From Rhodocyclaceae bacterium (GTDB lineage Bacteria > Pseudomonadota > Gammaproteobacteria > Burkholderiales > Rhodocyclaceae), in contig JAGRFY010000060.1 in the NCBI GenBank assembly GCA_020445765.1, positions 1,449 to 65,448 on the forward strand: DNA of 64,000 nt, in the 5' to 3' direction. The notes below the pieces were generated by a model. The model saw nothing but the letters and a program-made list of their open reading frames with translations. It did not search any database and was not told the DNA's origin. This document shows, in pieces, positions 38,109 to 49,612 of the stretch. The translations under genes and the position numbers were made by a program. Numbering within the stretch: position 1 is the stretch's first letter; each line of letters starts with the position of its first letter.

Positions 38109-39008
38109 TCACGCAGCCTCGCAGTCGGCCGTCCGGCGCTCGAACCAGGCGATCGTGTCGCGCAGCGAAACCACGCTGCCGACGATCAGCAACGCCGGCG
38201 GCTTGATGCCGACGTTGCGGGCCAGTGCCGGCAACGTGCGCAGGTTGCCGGTGATGGTACGCTGATTCGGCAAGGTGCCGTTCTCGACCAGCGCGGCGGG
38301 ATGTTCGGGCGGCAGGCCGTGGGCCTGCATGCGGTCGCAGATCTGTTCGAGGGCGCCGACGCCCATGTAGAAGACCACGGTCTGGCGTGGACGGGCAAGC
38401 ATCGGCCAGTCTAGATCGAGACTGCCGTCCTTCAGATGACCGGTGACCAGCACGCAGGACTGGGCATGTTCGCGATGGGTCAGCGGAATGCCGGCATAGG
38501 CCGAAATGCCGCTGGCCGCCGTGATGCCGGGCACGACCTCGAAATTGATGCCGGCCGCCGCGAGTTCCTCGAGCTCCTCGCCGCCGCGCCCGAACACGAA
38601 TGGATCGCCACCCTTGAGCCGGACCACGCAGGCACCGGTACCGGCCAGCTCGACCAGCAACTGGTTGATGCGCTCCTGGGGCAAGGTGTGGTGGCCGGCG
38701 CGCTTGCCGACGTAGATGCGCTGGGTGTCGGCCGGGATCAGCTCGAGAATGTCGCCGCCGACCAGGTGGTCGAACACCACCACGTCGGCGTCGCGAATGC
38801 GCTGGATCGCCCGCAGCGTCAGCAGGTCCGGGTCGCCGGGCCCCGCGCCGACGAGGATCACGCGGCCACGACCGCCGGTCGCTTGCTGCCGCTCGCGCTG
38901 GCCGTCGCGGTCGTTGCGGTCGCCGAAGCTGCCGGTGCGTCCGCGGGCCAGCAATCCGCCGCCCGCCGCCGGTGTTCCAGGCTGTGCCGATGTCGCCAAT
39001 CTGCTCAT
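38109..39008 (-). CDS. nirE: Uroporphyrinogen-III C-methyltransferase for heme d1 synthesis
   Basis: [29 protein letters not shown] and VPGITA motifs; nir context. Confidence 0.88.
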   Translation of the reverse strand: MSRLATSAQPGTPAAGGGLLARGRTGSFGDRNDRDGQRERQQATGGRGRVILVGAGPGDPDLLTLRAIQRIRDADVVVFDHLVGGDILELIPADTQRIYVGKRAGHHTLPQERINQLLVELAGTGACVVRLKGGDPFVFGRGGEELEELAAAGINFEVVPGITAASGISAYAGIPLTHREHAQSCVLVTGHLKDGSLDLDWPMLARPRQTVVFYMGVGALEQICDRMQAHGLPPEHPAALVENGTLPNQRTITGNLRTLPALARNVGIKPPALLIVGSVVSLRDTIAWFERRTADCEAA

Positions 39009-39077
39009 GTGCTCGCTCCCGGCAAAAGTAGATCCAAGCTTTCGGCAGACTCTATCGAACTCGCCCGTGATTCCGGA

Positions 39078-39091
39078 TTGACTCTCGTCAA
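39078..39091. promoter_or_regulatory. FNR/DNR-type box between nirE and nirS
   Basis: TTGAC-TCTC-GTCAA. Confidence 0.8.
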
Positions 39092-39149
39092 GGAAGCGGA
39101 AAAGCCGGGTCGGCATTCTGCGGACCAGCGGAAATGGCCGCTGTCCTGA

Positions 39150-40898
<1,749 letters not shown>

Positions 40899-41010
40899 TC
40901 GTACGCGGGGGCGGGCCATGCCCGGTCCGCCCCGCCCTTCACGGAGGGCGTGATTTCCGGGCGGACCGGCGTCTTTCCCGAGACGCCGTGCGCCGGCCCG
41001 GCCGGTCGAG

Positions 41011-41038
41011 GCGGGCCCTTTGGGGCCCGCATTTCTTT
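41011..41038 (+). terminator. Putative intrinsic terminator after nirS
   Basis: GCGGGCCC-TTTG-GGGCCCGC stem followed by ATTTCTTT. Confidence 0.65.
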
Positions 41039-41062
41039 CGAACGGGCGGTGGGACTGCACCC

Positions 41063-41076
41063 TTGACGGCGATCAA
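41063..41076 (+). promoter_or_regulatory. FNR/DNR-type box upstream of nirC
   Basis: TTGAC-GGCG-ATCAA. Confidence 0.75.
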
Positions 41077-41134
41077 GGCAGCGCAGACCGCCCGCTTCGA
41101 CAATCGACACAGCTACCTGATGGAGGGCTCGGTC

Positions 41135-41488
41135 GTGCGTCTGGCAATCATCCACGCAGTTGTGCTGTTGGTGCTGACACTGATCGGTGTCGGCACCGCC
41201 GGTGCCGCCGAGCCCGACGGATCGCGGCGCCAGGCGCTGGTGGCGATGGTGCGACAGGACTGCGGTTCGTGCCATGGACTCACGCTGAAGGGCGGGCTGG
41301 GCCCGGCCCTGCTGCCCGAAGCCCTGGCCGGAAAATCCGCGGGTTCGCTGATCGCGACGGTCTTGTCCGGCCGGCCCGGTACCGCGATGCCCGGCTGGTC
41401 CCGCTTCGTCAGTGAGGCCGAAGCCGCCTGGATCGTCGATCAACTGCTGCGCGGTTTCCCGCCCGTCGATGCCGGAGGCAGGCGATGA
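41135..41488 (+). CDS. nirC: c-type cytochrome NirC
   Basis: QDCGSCHG...GGLGPAL; TAMPGW. Confidence 0.93.
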   Translation: MRLAIIHAVVLLVLTLIGVGTAGAAEPDGSRRQALVAMVRQDCGSCHGLTLKGGLGPALLPEALAGKSAGSLIATVLSGRPGTAMPGWSRFVSEAEAAWIVDQLLRGFPPVDAGGRR

Positions 41489-42675
41489 ACTGGCGCCCTG
41501 TGATCGCCAGGGTGCTGGCCGGCCTCGCGACCATCGTGGTCGCAGGCTGTGCCGGTCAGCCGGTAACGGATCTGCGGGGCACCGGAGACCTCGGCATCGT
41601 CATCGAGCGGGCCAGCGGCAGCGTCCAGATCGTCGATCACAGCCGGCGCCAAAGTCTCGGCCGGATCGAGGGGCTCGGCGACCTTTCCCATGCCCACGCA
41701 ACCTTCTCGCGCGACGGGCGCTACGCCTACGTCTTCGGTCGCGACGGCGGCCTGACCAAGATCGATCTGCTGGCCCGCCGCATCGACCGGCGTATCGTCC
41801 AGGCCGGCAACTCGATCGGCGGCTCGATTTCCCAGGACGGCCGTCTGGTGGTTGCCCAGAACTATCAGCCCGGCGGCATCAAGGCCTTCGACGCCGACAC
41901 CCTGGCCCAGGTTGGCGAGGTGCCGGCCGAATACGCGCCCGGGAAATTCTCGAAGGTGGTCGGGCTGGCCGACATACCCGGCCAGGGCTTCGCCTATGCG
42001 CTGTTCGATGCCGGCGAGATCTGGGTCAGCGACTTCACCGATCCGGGCGCGCCCCGCACCCGTCGCTTCGCCGCCGGCAAGCAGCCGTACGACGGGCTGG
42101 TGACCCCGGGCGGTCGCTACTTCATGGCCGGTCTGTTCGGCGAGGACGGCATCGCGCTGCTCGACCTGTGGCGGCCGGAGCAGGGGGTGCGCCGCATCCT
42201 CGACGGCTATGGTCGCGGCGAAGAGAAGCTGCCGGTGTTCAAGATGCCGCACCTGCGCGGCTGGGCGGTGGCCGACGGCAAGGCCTACCTGCCCGCGGTT
42301 GGCCGCCACGAGGTGCTGGTGGTGGATGTCACCGATTGGCAGGAGGTGGGCCGCATTCCGGTGGTCGGCCAGCCGGTGTTCGTCATGGCCCGCCCCGACG
42401 GTCGCCAGGTGTGGGTCAACTTCGCCTTCCCGGACAATGCGCTGGTCCAGGTCATCGACACGCTCGAAGGCGCGGTGGTCGACACCTTGTCACCCGGGCG
42501 GGCGGTGCTGCACATGGAATTCACGCCGCGGGGCGAAGCGGTGTGGGTGTCCGCCCGCGACGACGACCGGGTCACCGTGTACGACACCGCCACCCGCAAA
42601 TCGCTGGCGGTTCTGCCGGCCAGGGCGCCGTCGGGAATCTTCTTCACCGCGCGCGCCGCGCGGATTGGATTCTGA
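41485..42675 (+). CDS. nirF: Heme d1 biosynthesis protein NirF
   Basis: Lipobox AGC; DLSHAHATFSRDGRYAYVFGRDGG; KMPHLRGW. Confidence 0.95.
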   Translation: MNWRPVIARVLAGLATIVVAGCAGQPVTDLRGTGDLGIVIERASGSVQIVDHSRRQSLGRIEGLGDLSHAHATFSRDGRYAYVFGRDGGLTKIDLLARRIDRRIVQAGNSIGGSISQDGRLVVAQNYQPGGIKAFDADTLAQVGEVPAEYAPGKFSKVVGLADIPGQGFAYALFDAGEIWVSDFTDPGAPRTRRFAAGKQPYDGLVTPGGRYFMAGLFGEDGIALLDLWRPEQGVRRILDGYGRGEEKLPVFKMPHLRGWAVADGKAYLPAVGRHEVLVVDVTDWQEVGRIPVVGQPVFVMARPDGRQVWVNFAFPDNALVQVIDTLEGAVVDTLSPGRAVLHMEFTPRGEAVWVSARDDDRVTVYDTATRKSLAVLPARAPSGIFFTARAARIGF

Positions 42676-42676
42676 C

Positions 42677-43720
42677 ATGGGTGTCGTGGCCGATCCGATC
42701 GTCGACATGCCTTCGGCCGGCCTCGTCGTCGCCCGCCACGACGATGGCCTCGACTGGCACCTGCTGAACGACTACCAGCGCGACTTCCCGCTGCAGGCCT
42801 GCCCCTATCTGCGCATCGCCCGAGCGCTCGGCTGCGATCAGGATCGGGTGCGCGAGCGGCTCGCATACCTGCAGTCGAGCGGCGCGATCAGCCGTGTCGG
42901 GCCGGTGTTTGCGCCGCGCCGCGTCGGCGCCAGCACGCTGGCGGCCTTGCGCGTACCGCCCCGGCATCTGCCCGAGGTCGCAGCCGTGGTCAGCGCCTCC
43001 GCTGCGGTCAATCACAACTACGCGCGCGAACATGCGTGGAACCTGTGGTTCGTCGCGACCGCCGCCGACCGCCTGGCGCTGGCCCGCAGCCTGCGCGAGA
43101 TCCGGCGGGCGACGGCGTGTCCGATGATCGAACTGCCGTTGCTCACCGAGTACCACATCGACCTGGGCTTCGATCTTGCGACTGGCGCCCGCGTGCGCAG
43201 CCAGGCGCGCGCCGTGCCGGTCGACATGCCGGCGCCGAGTGCGGTCGAACGGGCACTGATGGCGGCGATCGAGCGCGGCATTCCGCTCAGCGCTCGACCC
43301 TTCCGCAGCGTCGGCCGCCGCGCCGGCCTCGACGAGGCCGAGGTGATCCGCCGATTGCAGGGCTGGCTCGCCGACGGCACGCTGAAGCGTTTCGGCGTGG
43401 TCGTGCGCCACCATGAACTGGGCTGGCGCGCCAACGCGATGTGCGTCTGGGACGTGCCGGACGAGGAGGCCGATCACTTCGGTACGCGGCTCGCGACCTG
43501 CGACGGCGTCAACCTGTGCTACCGGCGCCGCCGTGCCGGCAGCCGCTGGCGCTTCAACCTGTACTGCATGCTGCACGGCCGCGACCGCGTCGAGGTTCGC
43601 GAGCGCCTGCGGATCATTGCTGGGCGCTGCGGGCTGGAGCGCTTCCCGCACGAGGTGCTGTTCTCGACCCAGCGCTTCAAGCAGCGCGGTGCATCCTATG
43701 CCGGCCACGGTCATGGCTGA
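42677..43720 (+). CDS. nirDL: Siroheme decarboxylase, fused NirD-NirL
   Basis: Two Lrp-like halves: YQRDFPL...VNHNYAREH and HHELGWRANAM...NLYCMLHG. Confidence 0.9.
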   Translation: MGVVADPIVDMPSAGLVVARHDDGLDWHLLNDYQRDFPLQACPYLRIARALGCDQDRVRERLAYLQSSGAISRVGPVFAPRRVGASTLAALRVPPRHLPEVAAVVSASAAVNHNYAREHAWNLWFVATAADRLALARSLREIRRATACPMIELPLLTEYHIDLGFDLATGARVRSQARAVPVDMPAPSAVERALMAAIERGIPLSARPFRSVGRRAGLDEAEVIRRLQGWLADGTLKRFGVVVRHHELGWRANAMCVWDVPDEEADHFGTRLATCDGVNLCYRRRRAGSRWRFNLYCMLHGRDRVEVRERLRIIAGRCGLERFPHEVLFSTQRFKQRGASYAGHGHG

Positions 43721-44744
43721 GCACGGGCAGGCGCGACTCGACGCGACCGATCGGCGGATCGTCGATGGCTTGCAGGGTGACTTCCCGCTGGTCTCGGAAC
43801 CCTATCGGCAGGCTGCCGCGCGGCTCGGCATCGCCGAGGACGAGTTGCTGGGCCGGCTCGATCGGCTGCTCGGCGCCCGCGTGCTGACCCGCTTCGGACC
43901 GATGTTCCAGGTCGAGCGCATGGGCGGCCGTTTCGTGCTGGCGGCGCTGGCCGCACCGGAGGCGCGCTTCGACGAGGTTGCCGAGAGCGTCAATCGCCTG
44001 CCCGAGGTCGCCCACAACTATCGGCGCGAGCACCGCCTCAACATGTGGTTCGTGCTGGCCACCGAGAGCGCCGACGGCATCGACGCGGCGATCCGCCGTA
44101 TCGAGGCCGATACCGGGCTGCCGGTGTATGCCTTCCCGAAGGAGCGGGAATATTTCGTCGACATGCGCCTTACGGTGCGCCAGGCGGCCGACCCGGAAGC
44201 GTCCGGTGCCGGCACCGTCACGGCGCCCGAGACGGCGCCGAGCCCGGCGACGGCCGTCCGCGGCAGCGCCGGCCCCTCGCTGACGCGCAGCGTCGTCGTC
44301 GCCACCCAGGCCGGCCTGCCGCTGGTTCGGCAGCCCTATCGCTTGATCGCCGACCAGCTCGGCTGCGACGAGGGTGCGGTCATCGGCTGCCTCGCCGCGA
44401 TGCTCGAAAGCGGTGCGATCCGCCGCATCGGCGCGGTTCCGAATCACTACGCGATCGGCTATGTCGCCAACGGCATGAGCGTCTGGGACGTGCCCGACGA
44501 CGCCGTCGATCGACTCGGCCAGGAGGTTGGTGCGCTGCCGTTCGTGACCCACTGCTATCGCCGGCCGCGGGCGCTGCCGGACTGGCCGTTCAACCTGTTC
44601 GCGATGGTGCACGGCGGTTGCCGAGACGAGGTGCTGGCCCGGGTCGCCGAGATCCGGGCGCATCTCCATCGCGCCTGTCGCCGCTACGACGTGCTGTTCT
44701 CGAGCCGCATCCTGAAGAAGACCGGCCTGCGCATCGGCGGCTGA
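43713..44744 (+). CDS. nirGH: Siroheme decarboxylase, fused NirG-NirH
   Basis: LQGDFPL...VAHNYRREH half, Ala/Pro linker, then PNHYAIGY...HCYRRP...NLFAMVHG half, in one ORF. Confidence 0.88.
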   Translation: MAEHGQARLDATDRRIVDGLQGDFPLVSEPYRQAAARLGIAEDELLGRLDRLLGARVLTRFGPMFQVERMGGRFVLAALAAPEARFDEVAESVNRLPEVAHNYRREHRLNMWFVLATESADGIDAAIRRIEADTGLPVYAFPKEREYFVDMRLTVRQAADPEASGAGTVTAPETAPSPATAVRGSAGPSLTRSVVVATQAGLPLVRQPYRLIADQLGCDEGAVIGCLAAMLESGAIRRIGAVPNHYAIGYVANGMSVWDVPDDAVDRLGQEVGALPFVTHCYRRPRALPDWPFNLFAMVHGGCRDEVLARVAEIRAHLHRACRRYDVLFSSRILKKTGLRIGG

Positions 44745-44762
44745 TCGGCCGCGAGCTGTCGC

Positions 44763-45950
44763 TCAGCCGGACGCCAGCGCGCGCACCACCAGCTGCATCA
44801 GTTCGTCCGGCTGCACCGCTTCGCCCAGCGCGCCGGCGCGGGTGGCCTCTTCGCGCCGGCGCGCTCGGTGTGTCGGCTGGAATTCGCCGTGATAGAAGAT
44901 CAGCGGCGTAGCGAAACCTTCCTCGCGCATCCGCCGCAGCAGTCGCAGGCCCTCGGCCTCGTCGGGCGATGCGCTCGGCACCCGCGACCAGTCGGAGATC
45001 ACCAGGTCGAAGGCATCGTCCGACGCATCGTCGCGGGCGGCGCGCAGCCTCGCCAGCGCCGATTCGGTATCCAGCGCCTGCACCACTTCGATCTGCAGAT
45101 GGGACAATGCGGCGGCCTCGAAGCGGTTGTTGGCAGGCGCGTCGTCCACCCACAGCACGCGCCGCTGCTGATGGACGTCGATCAGCGTCGCCGCCTGCTG
45201 ATCGAGCGCACCTGAATTGGCGATCTCCGTGCCGCGGGCCCGGGCCGCCTCCAGGATCTGGCCGTGGTAGCCGCTGACCACGCGTTGCAGCAGGGCGTCG
45301 CCATCGAATCGGGGCTCGGCCTCGGCCGGCGGCCGCACCAAATAGGCATTGCCGGCCATGTCGTCGCCTTCGCCATCACCTCGGTTCGCCACCGTCCGCG
45401 GCGGCAGTCCGTGGCCCTGCCGGTCGAAGGGATCGCTCGCCTTCGGCGTGGGCTGCGGCGGCGATGGGGTCGTCGCCGGCGGCTGTTCGTCGCTGGCCCG
45501 CTGTGCCTGGATTTGCTTGACCGCCCGCCGTACGCCCTTGGCGACGTCGGTCCAGGCTTCGTCACGGTTCGGCCAGGAGGTGACCGGACGCAGATCGGTG
45601 GGCAATCCCTGCAGGTGGGAGAACGGCGCGTCCTCGATGTCCACCGCGCGGATCAGGATCGGAATGACCTGGGCATCGCCGCTCGCCTGGCGCTCGAGTG
45701 CGACCTCGAGTTCGCGGCCCCAGATGTAGTCGGAGGCGATGAAGTCGGCGCTGACCAGCAGCAGCACGATGTCGGCCGACCGCAGATGCCGGTCGATCTC
45801 CCGGTTCCACTCGCTCGCCGGCGGGATGTCGCGGTCGTACCAGGCATCGATCACGCCCCGGCGCTGCAGGATGCCGAGGTGGCCCTGCAATTCGTCGCGC
45901 AGTGGCTCGTCTTCGTGGGCATAGCTGTAGAACAGGTTGAGCGGCGTCAT
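44763..45950 (-). CDS. TIR domain-receiver (REC) domain fusion protein
   Basis: LFYSYAHED...SADFIASDYIWGRELEVAL TIR; Pro-rich linker; VLWVDD...FDLVISD receiver. Confidence 0.85.
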   Translation of the reverse strand: MTPLNLFYSYAHEDEPLRDELQGHLGILQRRGVIDAWYDRDIPPASEWNREIDRHLRSADIVLLLVSADFIASDYIWGRELEVALERQASGDAQVIPILIRAVDIEDAPFSHLQGLPTDLRPVTSWPNRDEAWTDVAKGVRRAVKQIQAQRASDEQPPATTPSPPQPTPKASDPFDRQGHGLPPRTVANRGDGEGDDMAGNAYLVRPPAEAEPRFDGDALLQRVVSGYHGQILEAARARGTEIANSGALDQQAATLIDVHQQRRVLWVDDAPANNRFEAAALSHLQIEVVQALDTESALARLRAARDDASDDAFDLVISDWSRVPSASPDEAEGLRLLRRMREEGFATPLIFYHGEFQPTHRARRREEATRAGALGEAVQPDELMQLVVRALASG

Positions 45951-46031
45951 CGGCGTTCCGTGGTTCGCATTCCTTCCAAATCTAGTCGCCATTGTTGCCG
46001 CTGTCTCGCGAGGGCTGCCGTCGGCCAGTGC

Positions 46032-46045
46032 TTGACGGCCGTCAA
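46032..46045 (+). promoter_or_regulatory. FNR/DNR-type box upstream of nirJ
   Basis: Perfect palindrome TTGAC-GGCC-GTCAA, about 58 bp before the nirJ start. Confidence 0.8.
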
Positions 46046-46102
46046 GGAGCCGTTCGCGAACGGTGCCGACAATGGCTCGGACGTTGCCGCCAGGAGGTTG
46101 AA

Positions 46103-47323
46103 GTGTTCCGGATTTCTCGTTACGTCAGGATGCTGCTGGGTCCCGCGCCGGCCCCGGAGCGGCGGCCGGCCGCGCCGTCGGGCCGTGGTCCGGTGGTCAT
46201 CTGGAACCTGATCCGGCGCTGCAACCTGACCTGCCGGCACTGCTATTCGATCAGCGCCGACAAGGATTTCGCCGGTGAGCTGGACACCGCCGAGGTCGCC
46301 CAGGTGATGGACGATCTGGCGGCATTCGGCGTGCCGGTGTTGATCCTGTCCGGCGGCGAGCCGCTGCTGCGTCCCGACATCTTCGAGATTGCCGGGCGCG
46401 CCAAGCGGATGGGCTTCTATGTCGGCCTGTCCTCCAACGGCACGCTGATCGACGCGCCGATGGCCGAACGGATCGGCAAACTGGATCTCGACTACGTCGG
46501 CATCAGCCTCGACGGCCTGCGTGCCACCCATGACCGATTCCGCCGCATGGACGGCGCCTTCGACAAGTCGCTGGCCGGCTTGCGGCTGGCGCGCGAGCTC
46601 GGCCTCAAGGTAGGCCTGCGCTTCACGCTGACCCGGGACAACGCGACCGACCTGCCGGCGCTGCTGCAACTGGTCGAGGACGAACAGGTCGACCGTTTCT
46701 ATCTGTCGCACCTGAATTACGCCGGCCGCGGCAACAAGAACCGCGCCGAAGACGCCCATCACCGGATGACCCGGGAGGCCATGACCCTGCTGTTCGATCG
46801 GGTGCTGGCGATGGAGTCGCAGGGGGTGCGCAAGGATTTCACGACCGGCAACAACGATGCCGACGGCGTGTTTTTCCTGCATTGGGTGGCGCGCCGGATG
46901 CCTGACCGGCTCGGGCAGGCGCGACGCATGCTCGAGCGCTGGGGCGGCAATGCCAGCGGCGTCGGCGTTGCCAACATCGACAACCTCGGCAATGTCCATC
47001 CCGACACCATGTGGTGGCATCACACTCTCGGCAACGTCCGTGAACGGCCGTTTTCGGCGATCTGGCAGGACCGCAGCCAAGGGCTGATGGCGGGGCTCGC
47101 CCAGCGGCCACGCCCGGTCACCGGCCGCTGCGGTGACTGTGCGTATCTCGCGATCTGCAACGGCAGCTCGCGGGTGCGGGCCGAACAGGTTACCGGCGAC
47201 CCTTGGCAGGAGGATCCGGGCTGCTATCTCGACGATGCGGAAATCGGCATCGCCGACGGCCGGGCGCGGGTCGCGGTCACGCCGTGGCGGCGCGTGGTGC
47301 CGGTCAGGGCGGTGCAGCCGTGA
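46103..47323 (+). CDS. nirJ: Heme d1 biosynthesis radical SAM protein NirJ
   Basis: AGGAGG RBS with GTG start (MFRISRY); CNLTCRHC radical SAM motif; SPASM Cys residues. Confidence 0.95.
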   Translation: MFRISRYVRMLLGPAPAPERRPAAPSGRGPVVIWNLIRRCNLTCRHCYSISADKDFAGELDTAEVAQVMDDLAAFGVPVLILSGGEPLLRPDIFEIAGRAKRMGFYVGLSSNGTLIDAPMAERIGKLDLDYVGISLDGLRATHDRFRRMDGAFDKSLAGLRLARELGLKVGLRFTLTRDNATDLPALLQLVEDEQVDRFYLSHLNYAGRGNKNRAEDAHHRMTREAMTLLFDRVLAMESQGVRKDFTTGNNDADGVFFLHWVARRMPDRLGQARRMLERWGGNASGVGVANIDNLGNVHPDTMWWHHTLGNVRERPFSAIWQDRSQGLMAGLAQRPRPVTGRCGDCAYLAICNGSSRVRAEQVTGDPWQEDPGCYLDDAEIGIADGRARVAVTPWRRVVPVRAVQP

Positions 47324-48861
47324 GGGCGCTGCTGCTTGCAGGGGTGCTGGCACTGGCAGCGTTGCCGGTCGCCGCTGCCGACGCCGAAGCCCTCTACCAG
47401 TCCCATTGCGCCGCCTGCCACGGCAGCGATCGCGTCGGCGGCAGCGGGCCCGCCCTGCTGCCCGAGAACCTGGCACGGCTGAAACGCGCCGATGCCGCCG
47501 CGACCATCCGCGCCGGGCGCGCGGCGACCCGGATGCCGGCCTTCGGCGAGGTGCTGTCCGCGGCCGACGTCGACGCCCTGGCGAACTGGATCTACACGCC
47601 GGTGGATCCGCCGCCGCGCTGGCGCGAATTGGACATCCGCGCATCGCGGATCGAGTACCGCGCGCCGGGCAGCCTGCCGGCAAAGCCGGTATTCGACGCC
47701 GATCCGATGAACCTGTTCATCGTGGTCGAGAGTGGGGATCACCACATCAGCATCCTCGACGGCGACCGCATGGCGCGCATCCACCGCTTTCCGTCGCGTT
47801 TCGCGCTGCACGGCGGGCCGAAGTTCTCGCCGGACGGCCGCTTCGTCTATTTCGCATCGCGCGACGGCTGGATCACCAAGTACGATCTCTGGAACCTCGA
47901 GACCGTGGCCGAGGTGCGCGCCGGCATCAATACCCGCAACGCCGCGGTGTCGGCCGACGGGCGCTTCGTCGCGGTCGCCAACTACCTGCCGCAGACGCTG
48001 GTGCTGCTCGACGCCGAACTCAGGTTGGTCAAGCTCTTCGACGTCGCCGACCGAGCCGGCACGCTGGGCTCGCGGGTATCGGCGGTGTATGACGCGTCGC
48101 CGCGCAAGTCCTTCGTCGCAGCGCTGAAGGATCTGCCCGAAATCTGGGAAATCTCGTACGACGAAAATGCCGAGCCGATCCACGAGGGCTATGTGCACGA
48201 CTACAAGATGGGCGAGAGCATCGCGACACCGGGCTATCTCAATGTGCGCCGCACGCGGCTCGACACGCCCCTCGACGACTTCTACTTCAGCCAGAACTAC
48301 GCCAACGTGATGGGTGCGTCGCGCGACGGCCATGGCCGGGTGGTGAATCTCGATGTGCGCCGGTCGATCGCCGAACTCGACATACCGGGCATGCCGCACC
48401 TGGGTTCCGGCATCACCTGGGATTACCAGGGCCGCCGCGTGATGGGCAGTCCGAACCTGAAGGAGGGGGTCGTCAGCATCATCGACATGAGCGACTGGCG
48501 CACGATCAAGCGCATCCCGACCCTCGGTCCCGGCTTCTTTATGCGCAGCCACGAGAACGTTCGCTACGCCTTCGTCGATTCGATGATGAGCCCGACCGGC
48601 CGCGATACCCTGCAGGTGATCGACAAGCAGAGCCTGGAGGTGGTCGCGCGGCTGCGGCCCGAACCGGGCAAGACGCTGGCCCACGTCGAGTTCGACCGCG
48701 ACGGCCGCTATCTGATCGCCAGCCTGTGGGAACAGGACGGCGCCCTGATCTTCTTCGATGCCGACACGCTGAAGGAGATCAAGCGGCTGCCGGCATCGAA
48801 ACCGGTCGGCAAGTACAACCTCTACAACAAGATCCACAAGTCGGAAGGGACCAGCCACTGA
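47320..48861 (+). CDS. nirN: Cytochrome c/d1-domain protein NirN
   Basis: HCAACHG; FALHGGPKFS; GMPHLGSGI; GKYNLYNKIHKSEGTSH. Confidence 0.93.
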   Translation: MRALLLAGVLALAALPVAAADAEALYQSHCAACHGSDRVGGSGPALLPENLARLKRADAAATIRAGRAATRMPAFGEVLSAADVDALANWIYTPVDPPPRWRELDIRASRIEYRAPGSLPAKPVFDADPMNLFIVVESGDHHISILDGDRMARIHRFPSRFALHGGPKFSPDGRFVYFASRDGWITKYDLWNLETVAEVRAGINTRNAAVSADGRFVAVANYLPQTLVLLDAELRLVKLFDVADRAGTLGSRVSAVYDASPRKSFVAALKDLPEIWEISYDENAEPIHEGYVHDYKMGESIATPGYLNVRRTRLDTPLDDFYFSQNYANVMGASRDGHGRVVNLDVRRSIAELDIPGMPHLGSGITWDYQGRRVMGSPNLKEGVVSIIDMSDWRTIKRIPTLGPGFFMRSHENVRYAFVDSMMSPTGRDTLQVIDKQSLEVVARLRPEPGKTLAHVEFDRDGRYLIASLWEQDGALIFFDADTLKEIKRLPASKPVGKYNLYNKIHKSEGTSH

Positions 48862-48885
48862 GCCCGGCAGGCGGGGCGGATCGGG

Positions 48886-49308
48886 CTACTGCGGTGGAAC
48901 GTCGATGCCGTGGGCGGTCAGCCAGTTCCGGTCCAGTTCCCAGCGTACCGATGCGATGCCGGGCTGCGCCTCGACGATGCTGCGCGCCTCGGACTGGGCG
49001 GCCGCGAGCCGGGCCTGGGCCGCGATGAAGGCCGGATTCTGCGGATCCCGGACGTCGATCCCCGGCTCGATCGCCGCGATGAAGTGCATCGCCGGCACAT
49101 CGAAATTGCGAGGTGTGGCCATCACCGCGACGTCGCCCTCGACCCGCAGCACGTGGAAGCGGTACGGATAGTCCTTCAGCGCATCGCTGGCGGTCTGCTC
49201 GATCACCGAATCGAGCGCACGCGAGCGCGCGTCGGGGCGCTGGATGAACCAGTCTGCGGCGAAGGCCAGAAGCACCACCAGCGCGATCCACTGCCAGCGC
49301 TTGTTCAC
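48886..49308 (-). CDS. Hypothetical membrane-anchored protein
   Basis: GGAGG RBS with GTG start; N-terminal hydrophobic helix; YPYRFHVLRV...PRNFDVP globular part. Confidence 0.7.
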   Translation of the reverse strand: MNKRWQWIALVVLLAFAADWFIQRPDARSRALDSVIEQTASDALKDYPYRFHVLRVEGDVAVMATPRNFDVPAMHFIAAIEPGIDVRDPQNPAFIAAQARLAAAQSEARSIVEAQPGIASVRWELDRNWLTAHGIDVPPQ

Positions 49309-49514
49309 GGATCTCGAACCTCCAGTCGGGGCGTCCGCATCGACCATCGCTCACGCCGGACGGGCGCACGCCGACGCGATGACAGGATGCTGGCCCAAGG
49401 TTAGCAGGGATCGCGGCGATCGGTGTTGCCGGTGCCATGATTCAGAAAATGTGTAGTCTTATCAGATGCGTGCAAACGGTTCGGAATCCCGGTCGGCGCC
49501 TTGCCGACCCCCAC

Positions 49515-49530
49515 TACCCCCAAAGGGGTA
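49515..49530. promoter_or_regulatory. NarL-type 7-2-7 site
   Basis: TACCCCC-AA-AGGGGTA versus consensus TACYYMT-NN-AKRRGTA (1 mismatch), about 83 bp before the second Crp/Fnr gene. Confidence 0.6.
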
Positions 49531-49612
49531 TGGTCTGCGCGGGTACCGTATGCGACTGTCCCTCACCTTTCGAGACACGGCAACTGCGGTTGCCGTCCCG
49601 TTGGCCGGGCGC

